DNA of 32,000 nucleotides from Chlamydiota bacterium (GTDB lineage Bacteria; Auribacterota; JACPWU01): NCBI GenBank assembly GCA_016196885.1, contig JACPWU010000003.1, positions 60,001 to 92,000 of the forward strand, read 5' to 3'. Shown piece by piece: positions 26,301 to 31,183 of this stretch (position 1 is its first letter; each line of letters starts with the position of its first letter). The notes under the pieces were generated by a model. It saw only the letters and a program-made list of their open reading frames with translations, ran no database searches and was not told where the DNA came from. The position numbers and the translations under genes were made by a program.

Positions 26301-27248
26301 GTTCCTGATCCAGATAATTCTGAAATTCCTTATAAGTACTATGTATATGTAGAACATACGATGAATGGGACGACCGAATGGGTTGTTACAGCCGATGAAG
26401 TCGCTCGAGTTTTGGCTAAATTCAAAACGGATCATCCCCAAATAGAAGATCCTGCCTCTTTAATTTTAACCGAGGGAGTGACCCTGACCATTTCAGTCGT
26501 GGTTAAACAAAGTCATTTGGCAAGCGGGGCCACATCAGCTCATTTTATATTGGATGGATTGGAGAGTCAGGAGAGGTTGGCGGGGGTGGGTGGCAATCTT
26601 ATAGAGGTAATTCCTGCTGGTAACGAAGCCTACACGTTCCTAACAAACGCAGGCAAGACAGGACTATACGTAGGAGACGGGATCACTGTAGACAGTCAAA
26701 CCGGGGGAATAGTAGAGGACTTTGACAGTCAGACCGTGACAGCGACATTTGACACATCGAACACAACGCGTGGAGATGTGTATATAGACATGATGATATA
26801 CGAGCCACCGACGAGTGACGAAGCCAAGCAAATGGAGGCAGATGGTGGGATCATAAGAGAGATCACGACGACAAGCATCACACAGATGTACAGTGAGATT
26901 ACACTCGTAAACAAAGTGACAGGCGCGACGGAAGTCTTAAAGTTCCATCATGACACTTCTGACATGGCAGGTGGGAAGATCAAGATGCCGATAGACACAG
27001 CGACCTATGACGTCTCAACAATCTCAAAGTGGATAGAGGTGATCAGTTATGACTTTAGTGCCACAACCACGACAACGGTAGCCAAGGGAGCCAACACGAG
27101 TGGAGGGGGTCAACACGATTGTATTCAAAGCGCCCAGAAGGGTCCCTCTGGAAAACCTAAATGGGGTTACGACTACAGACGATGTTATTTATTTGTTTCA
27201 AACAGAACCAGAAAGGGCGTCTGCCAGCAATGGAGGTGTTTCTGCTGA
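17223..27248 (+). CDS. Giant secreted/membrane multidomain protein, N-terminal ORF of gene 2 (frame broken near 27105)
   Basis: The frame is open from 17163. ATG 17223 gives a classic signal peptide; alternative starts are ATG 17184 and TTG 17163. Real coding probably leaves this frame at about 27105, because the last 46 codons (QHDCIQSAQKGPSGKPKWGYDYRRCYLFVSNRTRKGVCQQWRCFC) look non-native. Confidence 0.8.
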   Translation: MTSFNVNYEKSFRKFVSTLLLITFSFTYLVQDTGFAQELNTAYSVQRTADRKPADTISPKSALLEVSHGAEVSIPANLGDVIDRYEGKDDRMIIQIQDVHCHFEAQSNTAKIISDLLQKHGDHGLKMIGLEAAEGSVDTTLLTSYPDKKLRKVLAEYLMKKGKISGAEYLSIIQDKPLPLEGVENMFHYFEHLFQFDRGLDVKDKALPILDKIEKAITDLREKIYSQEVLEVLNKEKSYLEGDTQIDEYGKYLVDQALTLKLDVGGQKNFQGMMKVADLEKQIDLKKVEEERVHVLEILSRKLVKEEMVELMTKSLYYRLEKMDAWEYYEYLKTVVSPAGTIKTCRESLGVSGQNSTLEKTYPNLSKYIQMTEIFHEIKSDELLKECEKISEEVQDKLLKTKEEKALRQIEKDFIILRNFFELEMKKSEFQYYVENKERVSAKNIVDGLEEIQDPGSRVQGNSPRSPLKLRGEEKQKQEQTKSAFPILKGEEKQRWVTSPPLSLRGDGGVTNDDITFLDSHLKDLEQFYRYSDNREEAMVQNTLRKMKENESPIAILYAGGFHTDGLTKRLEEEGVSYVVVAPRITQFKLKTPYLSIIKNEPSKLEKMLMDLEKKEKGTMATLPLEGDLKTEVAALSGLEADDPARVNGEETIRLQIAALRSALIVRGLLNSDISANDITFTREGDTVTILISGIPRFQITLNSENKNNPEKLVESIVPIEVSAPTEQTSEWVGGPLRSLDGSYQALESEEIKTLKGLASKKGGYAIPSSTETFGDDEVVCRVVDYDEKKGDPVYDIFQPHSIKAYHYMAAAVPNSERPGLTRIVVYAFLPRRLDEREYAFRKRHEILESLWEYKLKKEGIAYRNRLEKNPSTPQPLWMQLGLSRDVAAHILAWGQHVLEEGWDNIEQCPFLKEEIQKLNLAQLQAIYSDETIQERNRIHNPLRKHYLSGFNDADWQRLETFENSVRDLARRLTFPSKLVQDLDNQGRGRKVLCLGAGGDYQEANFFSSRNCGVEVVKMRGDAEGDDKDFEVYEAETQEAAEERIINDILRRLQLDEGKKYDAIYARLSLHHLPQKYLLRVLRKISDMLEVGGKFYWVVKSKDDVLYQGRTGEPGEDGLTPYRDQPSGQELKRRFFTPDEMKALLEAKDDAEKTIFGFEVSTINPRFERLTRRTAPITQDNHESSLLEVVAEKKEDVALALDVPARVVRVGAKLFDGETGAQPIEPDVRPSIKGDVVDVTELSDEEGLTDEAVGARSVMAGEGCLSILAAGGSSRMAIAKMPERYKKDIGDADINSKALVPLGSYRARTITYFGAFFYNIKRLFEGLQKEAEGTNIENHLEDNDIMYLTNDTYAQEQAKHLRQNESFGLQQRIYSYVQPWVNKIYAPPDQIGPLRKNLNNEKFDAAKKRSEEIQAAFDNGDEKAVVHKEKGPWGHGEYLHQMVVSGRLLDMLEKNKKWIYVRNIDNSGAKFDRVWLRALGLFLKKGVGFMPEVSPRSPGQKGGGLLVVGGRQGIGEDAIIAATAKAKNDSTLTAENCYWFNNGAGFMTPSFVASLYMSEGQTIDAFIQELQDANGDVEKLEAVAERGRGKFLKLFDVKPTKNGEGAAPLETNLWTSSIVAPVDQLVEAVGVRGVRALIENEGMLLAYFALSWEDKIKVLEKIRFFSAKQWELPEETVEKNRRQLEENYNEALRAKWGQEKVNNPDLMQPPRRTLTREEALLVSETYEGNLQVATDMLRYIYEAPLVTPGVFREALSAAEAGASVSPNSNVFAEVKNLLVLALTAAALFVAPGPQARAALPSVEPIKSALVQKDGGQRPAARETHLTLAQLIEREGGALADLRRTRHAVYTVMAKTPQEMKTMDEQVERGEASQLREGVYTIYGYTPSQEGVLKARVARGEASVEYRTVSNPPVLSQADQALARSVEGHLATHRLYEADPAFREEVGRIWKSLSRQDRQIFAELLFVRRGDRSAKTDAVISEFAAALANPDYLMDRFKQFAYASSKAAGKVKGLIFEFKGSPTPEKSAGLYLRDRSDRENEWGFRMKVETLAARVAAAQTAAQGRAGVKVAEVKPFDWLKPVIEGKKYDAVGAGLLENGAQNNASVLVNGLRNFVMGGWLIGIIFIGALTRLLKAMRPSKPLLGSETLDSRLSRQGAASLKPAGMTNVGASSPVIPGSPLPVIPEIDGSPIIDFGDGSSPASVSQVAEVRPVVEVVRVNSSRSSGRRSRSNVIIELIYESGLGLHWGTTLYLVETRLERRMREFQESQGMTELAFAQAIQGMEKWQVKWIGRLFSISDVYRLFTSENRAALSSWVTEKKFGTDEGVSAYVQKMQGMKKEKQRIRAVRSSLPAGLAGMVERVVVAEGRGGRNSIGPCVYIKLRAGLFESYWMVIGNNLGNLSPYLHRLGSQKTRAYRLQGRDLGLGQFGDYITFFKEPGLFERVRDFARDLLLKLDLSTSDPTVAGRAAQLAGTAAIAFLYGATQSGCSRQEDDVNLESLDASQLTNFGGVNVAQYDDPSGVFRVLEEETPEGEMPQSGSINSHLFGTGLYEYETDHPDLFASPHAVMQARIGVIDLDSSKEDAGYGTTEDEAISGGGSAGMYFNFQDNSLDQLEAGGYKIYIAFSADGSLTHDEVVLKVELTDKYGDTVKRDVKTGYIYLSNVNSGLQGAWIDLREARDSDGNLLDWEPSDTARIGGVDGVQVDVFLGSINFATVSSAQKGIVIRWIGIDKSPINLIYPIEGSSAADLSIIDGVNEPSVGPNLTWDEKGRATQEWAVHFFDSDSSDAAKYYEWEIPEDKKTYDPNGTTVFEVESSELASFNVEVKEYQRDADGNILTSTDEDGTVKPLLLQSTVLNTQEIMNGKLGWSSANPRVIIDHRYLDHRGLKYWDAITLVVKKNQTTQNSITVNIRGILSEDLFPIQYNLTEDTGEGDEYTVDNNYEIAPIGTEVTVRSVVTDQYPHGSHTLTREMIMEGIINPDDYGAESFVFSATKGKEDFLYDPSGTVDVGVNDIDNTLTGFTVEYQITVPDPDNSEIPYKYYVYVEHTMNGTTEWVVTADEVARVLAKFKTDHPQIEDPASLILTEGVTLTISVVVKQSHLASGATSAHFILDGLESQERLAGVGGNLIEVIPAGNEAYTFLTNAGKTGLYVGDGITVDSQTGGIVEDFDSQTVTATFDTSNTTRGDVYIDMMIYEPPTSDEAKQMEADGGIIREITTTSITQMYSEITLVNKVTGATEVLKFHHDTSDMAGGKIKMPIDTATYDVSTISKWIEVISYDFSATTTTTVAKGANTSGGGQHDCIQSAQKGPSGKPKWGYDYRRCYLFVSNRTRKGVCQQWRCFC
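18578..18605 (+). repeat. Heptanucleotide tandem repeat CCAGGRT x4
   Basis: Units are ccaggat (18578-18584), then ccagggt at 18585-18591, 18592-18598 and 18599-18605. The tract directly abuts MITE-like copy B. Confidence 0.9.
18605..18753 (+). mobile_element. MITE-like element copy B, in frame inside gene 2
   Basis: The left end is TAACTCCCC (18605-18613). An internal hairpin is CCCCTCTTA aac TAAGAGGGG (18619-18639). The right end is TAAGGGGAGATGGAGGGGTTA (18733-18753), identical to copy A's right end. Confidence 0.5.
20190..20800 (+). other. Class I SAM-dependent methyltransferase-like region
   Basis: Matches are motif I-like RKVLCLGAGGD, then YDAIYARLSLHHLPQKYLLRVLRKISDMLEVGGKFYWVV, then FFTPDEMKALLEAK...GFEV. 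Confidence 0.55.
20992..22230 (+). other. UDPGP-family (UTP-glucose-1-phosphate uridylyltransferase-like) region
   Basis: LSILAAGGSSRM resembles LNGGLGTSM, and PWGHGEY resembles PPGHGD.Y. SGRLLDMLEKNKKWIYVRNIDNSGAKFD resembles SG.LD...GKEY.FVSNIDNLGA.VD. GFMPEVSPRSPGQKGGGLLV resembles ME.T.KT.AD.KGG.L, and CYWFNNGAGFM resembles FNTNN.W. Confidence 0.7.
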
Positions 27249-27615
27249 AGTGGTTGAGGATTATGAAAATCGCAATATCGTTTTAACCATTGATACAGGG
27301 AATGCTACGAATGGGGAGGTTTATCTAGACAGAAGGATTTATGCTCCTCCTACTGAGGAAGAAATATCTCAAATTTCAGCAGCGGGAGGCCTGGTTTATA
27401 ACGTGGCTGTGAGATCGGGCTCTGTTAAAGAGTATTATACGGAGATAGAATTAAAAACAACAGAAGGAGAAGTTGTAAAATTAAGGTATAAAATAGATTC
27501 GACAGTGATTGCTGCAGGTAGGGTTTTACTAGAAATTCCAGAAGGATATGATATTGCAACCTTAAGTTCTTGGGTTGATGTCTTTTTATTTGATTATAAC
27601 GATAGCAATAATGAT
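26590..27615 (+). repeat. Tandem duplication of a ~170-aa beta-rich domain (protein level) spanning the ORF break
   Basis: Unit 1 reads VEDFDSQTVTATFDTSNTTRGDVYIDMMIYEPPTSDEAKQMEADGG...EVLKFHHDTS...TISKWIEVISYDF. Unit 2 reads VEDYENRNIVLTIDTGNATNGEVYLDRRIYAPPTEEEISQISAAGG...EVVKLRYKIDS...TLSSWVDVFLFDY. Confidence 0.8.
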
Positions 27616-30600
27616 GGTTTGCCGGATAATGACAGTATTGGAAAAGGAAAAACGGAGATTGTCTTTGTCGGGCCTCATAAAGTCATCGCCTTTGACCCTG
27701 CCTCGGATGATTATCTTGATTATGCCTCGACCTATTTCTCCGAGGCTGTGAATTCTGGTTATCAAAATTGCACGATAGGACTCACGGATTATGCAGTTGA
27801 TTCTGCTTTGGGTGAGGCAGGTTGGAAGGTGCGTGCACTGTATTCTGATTCTGAGACTTTTGTGGCTGGATCAAAAGATTCTTATGCGATTCATTACTGG
27901 AAATTGGATGAAGGAAATGGAGGAGTACCCTTAAATATTCTCGACGAATATGGTGATGTTTTGGTTGATACAGATGGAGATGGCGTTGGAGATTCTTTTC
28001 TCTTTAAGGGCATGTCTTCTTCTTATGATAATGCAGGGACTCTGATTCAGACCTTGAAAAGGATCTGGATTGGATTTCAATATGTCAATGCCTACGGAGA
28101 GTTGGAATCAGAAGCGCATCCTGCAGTTTATGTGGAGAAGGGCAATGTCAAGGGATGGACAGTTCCTTTTTCGGCTTACACAAAGGTTGATTTTACGAAG
28201 GTGACCCAAGCTCAAGTGCTTTTTTATGGAACAGATGTGACGGATGAGCTGATGACCCTTATCAATCAAGCAAAAGAGGCTGGGGATGACACGTTATACT
28301 CTGAATTGACTCAAGCCATTGGAGTGGATTATGCTGCTTGGGCACAAACGGGTGTGACGGCTTCAGGAGGCAGTGGCGCTAGAGAATCTGAATCACAATC
28401 CGCACTTCCTGAAATAAACGGCCCGTCTTTATCGGGCAACGTTCATCCTGCTGAATCCCCTGCGGGTGGAGGGGGGGCGGGACAGATTTCGACAGTCCCT
28501 GAATCTCTTTTACATCTTCTGGATCAATTGTTAGGGGGAGGATCACCGGGTGAGCATGGAAGTGCAAACTTCGGTCCCAATGCCATTTCAGTGACTCCTC
28601 CCCCTACTTATTTTGAGGGCGAAACGGGTGTGGCTCCGGTGGGTGATGCCAACCTTGACACAACACCGCGCTCTCTTTCCAAAGATGGAAACGGCTCTTT
28701 GAAAATCACCTTTTCTTCAGATGATCTTTCGCAAGAGGGAGATTATTTGGGATTTAATGTGACCCCGGGCTTCTTAGATTTAACCGGCTTGAGTGAATTT
28801 AATATTTGGATGGGAAATGCTTCAGGGATCAAGAGCGCTCGTCTTGCCTTTCTGGATGAGGAGGGCCATTATTGGTTTGGATTTTTAGATGGTATTTCTC
28901 AAAACGTAAATTCTTGGACTATCCCCAAGTCGGCGGTTGATTCTACCTCCAAGGGAAAATTAAATGGGTCCAAAGTCGCGGTTTTTATTTTGGTGGATAA
29001 AGAAAGTTTGGAAGAAGGTTTGGAAGGAGAAGATTTAAATTTAGACATTCAGTTTGGGCATAAAGTGGAAAGTGAGGCAGCCGCGTATGAAATCTATCCC
29101 CCGGGTTGTTCACAAGGAGGACTCTTTCCACGGGGGAGAATGACTCCTCTCTGGGGAATCCTCGTATTAATGCTTCCTTGGGTCCTACGTGCACGGGTCA
29201 GACGTGATGGCGGAGGCAGTGGCGGCGGGTCCGGCAAAGTCAGCTTTAGAGAAGATATTCGCAGAGCTCTCAGTGAACTCAAGCAAGGTCGGCATCTTTC
29301 TTCTATACCGACTCCAAGCCGAATCTGTGAAGATTTAGCCAGGCGGGTGATTTCTGGAATGAACCCAGAAGGAGATGTGGAAGAGAATAAAAATTTTCAG
29401 GCTGAATTTTTAAGTGTATTGGCTCTTTTAGATGAGGAAACGCCCTTTTCACAACTCAGCGCGGCAGTGGATCATCTTATTCAAACGCGTATGGATGAAT
29501 TAAAAAGCGCTGGAAAAGAACCGCAAGAGAGTGGACTCTCTGATTTAAAAAATGATTTTTTAGCTCAGATGATAGCCCTGCGGGCGGCATTCGAATCTAT
29601 TCCCATTAACATTCGTGAAATGAGCACTATTTTAGAAGACTATGACCTTAGCAATGCAACAGTGGGTGAAGTCATGCTTCTTCCCTCTTCTTTTACATTA
29701 AACCCGTTTGCTTCCTTGATGTATGGTTTTATCGTAAAGGGAGACGAGATTCTGATGACCAATCTGGACTTTGAACGCCAACATCAGTCAGTTTCTTTTG
29801 ATGCGCGAACTCAAAAAGCATGGGCAAGCCTTCGCGATAGGTTGGTCGACAGTCATAGGACTTATAAAGATCTTTACATCGGATTTATTGATTACATTGA
29901 CCCCAACACATGGCTTCCTGAAATTTTAGACGCTCTTTTGAACGGAGATGTTCAATTTTCTAGAGGTCAAGGGGGCAAGGTATTTCTTGAGCTTTCTCCA
30001 CGCCCGGGTTTCCCTGATGACGGGCGAGGGCTAAGAGCTGAAATCAGTTTTAACGGTGAAAGTGGCGATCATGAGAGTCGTATCCTGGTGAAGATAACCT
30101 CTCTGGATCATCTTTATCGCAAGTATTATGAAAATCATTTTCCGTATCAAAGACATGTCCTGGCCATGGATCACATTCTTTCGGGATTGAATGTGGATGC
30201 TTCTGGAAATGTTCAGGTCACAGGCGATCGCAGTGTGTTGGATGGCTTGATCCATGATGTAGGTTGGGATGTAAAATCTATTATTACGGTTTCGTCGCCT
30301 GAAGGAGCTGATAAGAAACAAGTTGAGACAAATGTTCGTACGGCTCTGGGCATTGAGGGCAATAAAAATATTGCGATTATGGTTTATGGGCATGAAACCA
30401 CTGCGGAACAATTGCAAAATATGATTGAAAGAGCGGCCAGAACTTTGAGCGGGCTTAAAGAGTCATTTGATCCGAAAAAGAATTTGACTTTACTCTTCTC
30501 CGATCAAAACCCATTGGCTGAAGAGCTACATTCGTTGCAAAACCTCGTCGTCTGGATCGCTACAGGTGATCTAACCTTGAAAGACTTGTCCATTGCCTTC

Positions 30601-30774
30601 AACAGGGCTGGCTATGAAATGGATCCTGAGCTTGCTCAGTTGATTAAAGATGCTGAAGGGGAGGCAGAGCTTTCCAGAGTTCTCAGTGGCCATATAGGCC
30701 CTGTTCCACCACACATGAGTCAATGGCTTGACTTTAAGAAACGTGCCCAAGAAGAAGCCGGGAAGCAGATGTAA
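27100..30774 (+). CDS. C-terminal ORF of gene 2 (continuation after the +1 frame change)
   Basis: This frame is closed by TAG at 27079-27081 and opens at GTG 27100. There is no convincing RBS. Its first residues continue the upstream domain repeat (GGVNTIVFKAP vs GGNLIEVIPAG). Stop is TAA at 30772-30774. Confidence 0.8.
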   Translation: MEGVNTIVFKAPRRVPLENLNGVTTTDDVIYLFQTEPERASASNGGVSAEVVEDYENRNIVLTIDTGNATNGEVYLDRRIYAPPTEEEISQISAAGGLVYNVAVRSGSVKEYYTEIELKTTEGEVVKLRYKIDSTVIAAGRVLLEIPEGYDIATLSSWVDVFLFDYNDSNNDGLPDNDSIGKGKTEIVFVGPHKVIAFDPASDDYLDYASTYFSEAVNSGYQNCTIGLTDYAVDSALGEAGWKVRALYSDSETFVAGSKDSYAIHYWKLDEGNGGVPLNILDEYGDVLVDTDGDGVGDSFLFKGMSSSYDNAGTLIQTLKRIWIGFQYVNAYGELESEAHPAVYVEKGNVKGWTVPFSAYTKVDFTKVTQAQVLFYGTDVTDELMTLINQAKEAGDDTLYSELTQAIGVDYAAWAQTGVTASGGSGARESESQSALPEINGPSLSGNVHPAESPAGGGGAGQISTVPESLLHLLDQLLGGGSPGEHGSANFGPNAISVTPPPTYFEGETGVAPVGDANLDTTPRSLSKDGNGSLKITFSSDDLSQEGDYLGFNVTPGFLDLTGLSEFNIWMGNASGIKSARLAFLDEEGHYWFGFLDGISQNVNSWTIPKSAVDSTSKGKLNGSKVAVFILVDKESLEEGLEGEDLNLDIQFGHKVESEAAAYEIYPPGCSQGGLFPRGRMTPLWGILVLMLPWVLRARVRRDGGGSGGGSGKVSFREDIRRALSELKQGRHLSSIPTPSRICEDLARRVISGMNPEGDVEENKNFQAEFLSVLALLDEETPFSQLSAAVDHLIQTRMDELKSAGKEPQESGLSDLKNDFLAQMIALRAAFESIPINIREMSTILEDYDLSNATVGEVMLLPSSFTLNPFASLMYGFIVKGDEILMTNLDFERQHQSVSFDARTQKAWASLRDRLVDSHRTYKDLYIGFIDYIDPNTWLPEILDALLNGDVQFSRGQGGKVFLELSPRPGFPDDGRGLRAEISFNGESGDHESRILVKITSLDHLYRKYYENHFPYQRHVLAMDHILSGLNVDASGNVQVTGDRSVLDGLIHDVGWDVKSIITVSSPEGADKKQVETNVRTALGIEGNKNIAIMVYGHETTAEQLQNMIERAARTLSGLKESFDPKKNLTLLFSDQNPLAEELHSLQNLVVWIATGDLTLKDLSIAFNRAGYEMDPELAQLIKDAEGEAELSRVLSGHIGPVPPHMSQWLDFKKRAQEEAGKQM
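28660..29060 (+). other. CBM/CIA30-like beta-sandwich region (by-eye pattern)
   Basis: GSLKITFSSDDLSQEGDYLGFNVTPGFLDLTGLSEFNIWMGNASGIKSARLAFLDEEGHYWFGFL...WTIPKSAV...SKVAVFILV follows the pattern common to carbohydrate-binding-module-like domains. Confidence 0.3.
29140..29208 (+). other. Late TM anchor followed by a basic cluster in gene 2
   Basis: MTPLWGILVLMLPWVL is followed by RARVRRD and then a GGGSGGGSG linker. Confidence 0.6.
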
Positions 30775-30814
30775 AAGGTAGATATTTATTAACTCCCCCA
30801 ACCCCTCTTGTTCT

Positions 30815-30859
30815 GTAGTCGCCCCATTTATGGGGCTGCCCGATAAATCGGGCGACTAC
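30815..30859. repeat. Double-hairpin palindromic (REP-like) element, copy 2 (inverted relative to copy 1)
   Basis: GTAGTC [GCCCCAtttaTGGGGC] t [GCCCGAtaaaTCGGGC] GACTAC. It starts 41 nt after the gene 2 stop codon. Confidence 0.85.
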
Positions 30860-30909
30860 AAAAAAGCATAATGGGGAGAGCTTTCATCACTGGTTTTTCT
30901 CTCCCCTTA

Positions 30910-31001
30910 CGACCGAGTCCGGGTACCCGCCGCAGCGGGTGGACGAGGAAGTGGTTGCGACCGAGACGGGTGCCGCGAAGCGGCCGGCGAGGAAGTGGTT
31001 G
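30910..31001 (+). repeat. GC-rich tandem repeat (48 + 44 nt), each unit carrying a hairpin
   Basis: Both units start CGACCGAG and end CGAGGAAGTGGTTG. The unit A hairpin is ACCCGC cgca GCGGGT (30925-30940). The unit B hairpin is GCCGC gaa GCGGC (30972-30984). Confidence 0.75.
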
Positions 31002-31183
31002 GAGCCCGGCAGGGCGGAAACCAGAGCCGAGAGGCAGAAACCATAAGGGGAGACGGAGGGGTTAGATTTTTTTTCATTTTTCCCTTGCTTTTCTCTCCCA
31101 GAAACTTAAGAATCTTCTCAGTTTCTTTTTCCTTATCCAAAGCAACCGGACATTTTCTAGCACAACCTGTGAAGGGGGTAGCG

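Larger units (their letters stand above)
30790..31064 (+). mobile_element. MITE-like element copy C (intergenic, enlarged, composite)
   Basis: The left end is TAACTCCCCC (30790-30799) and the right end is TAAGGGGAGACGGAGGGGTTA (31044-31064). It encloses the palindrome at 30815-30859 and a GC-rich module. A 10-bp long-range stem is TCTCCCCTTA (30900-30909) / TAAGGGGAGA (31044-31053). Confidence 0.45.

Noticed and set aside
26620-27180. Diversity-generating retroelement variable region, considered because the patch is A-rich and near a domain end.
   Set aside because: The window has no nucleotide-level template repeat and no reverse transcriptase. The neighbouring unit is similar only at the protein level.
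27110-27248. The last 46 codons of the 17163..27248 ORF, read as genuine C-terminus.
   Set aside because: The translation (QHDCIQSAQKGPSGKPKWGYDYRRCYLFVSNRTRKGVCQQWRCFC) is unlike the rest of the protein. The +1 frame over the same nucleotides continues the domain repeat.
1-30774. The giant ORFs as an artefact of a reassigned stop codon (code 4, 25 or 15).
   Set aside because: The ORFs contain none of the three stop codons in frame under the standard code. TAA, TAG and TGA are all used as terminators by the small genes here, so no recoding is needed or indicated.
17454-30801. Short minus-strand and alternate-frame ORFs inside gene 2.
   Set aside because: The same reasoning applies: these are shadow ORFs of a long coding frame with no recognisable motifs.
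30910-31043. Assignment of the GC-rich module to a known RNA class (RNase P, SRP/4.5S, tmRNA, 6S, or cobalamin, c-di-GMP, ykkC, ZTP or SAM riboswitches).
   Set aside because: The hallmark conserved strings of these families are absent or only trivially resembled (e.g. GAGTCCGGG vs AAGUCCGGGC). The length is also wrong for RNase P and tmRNA. It needs an Infernal scan, which I cannot run.
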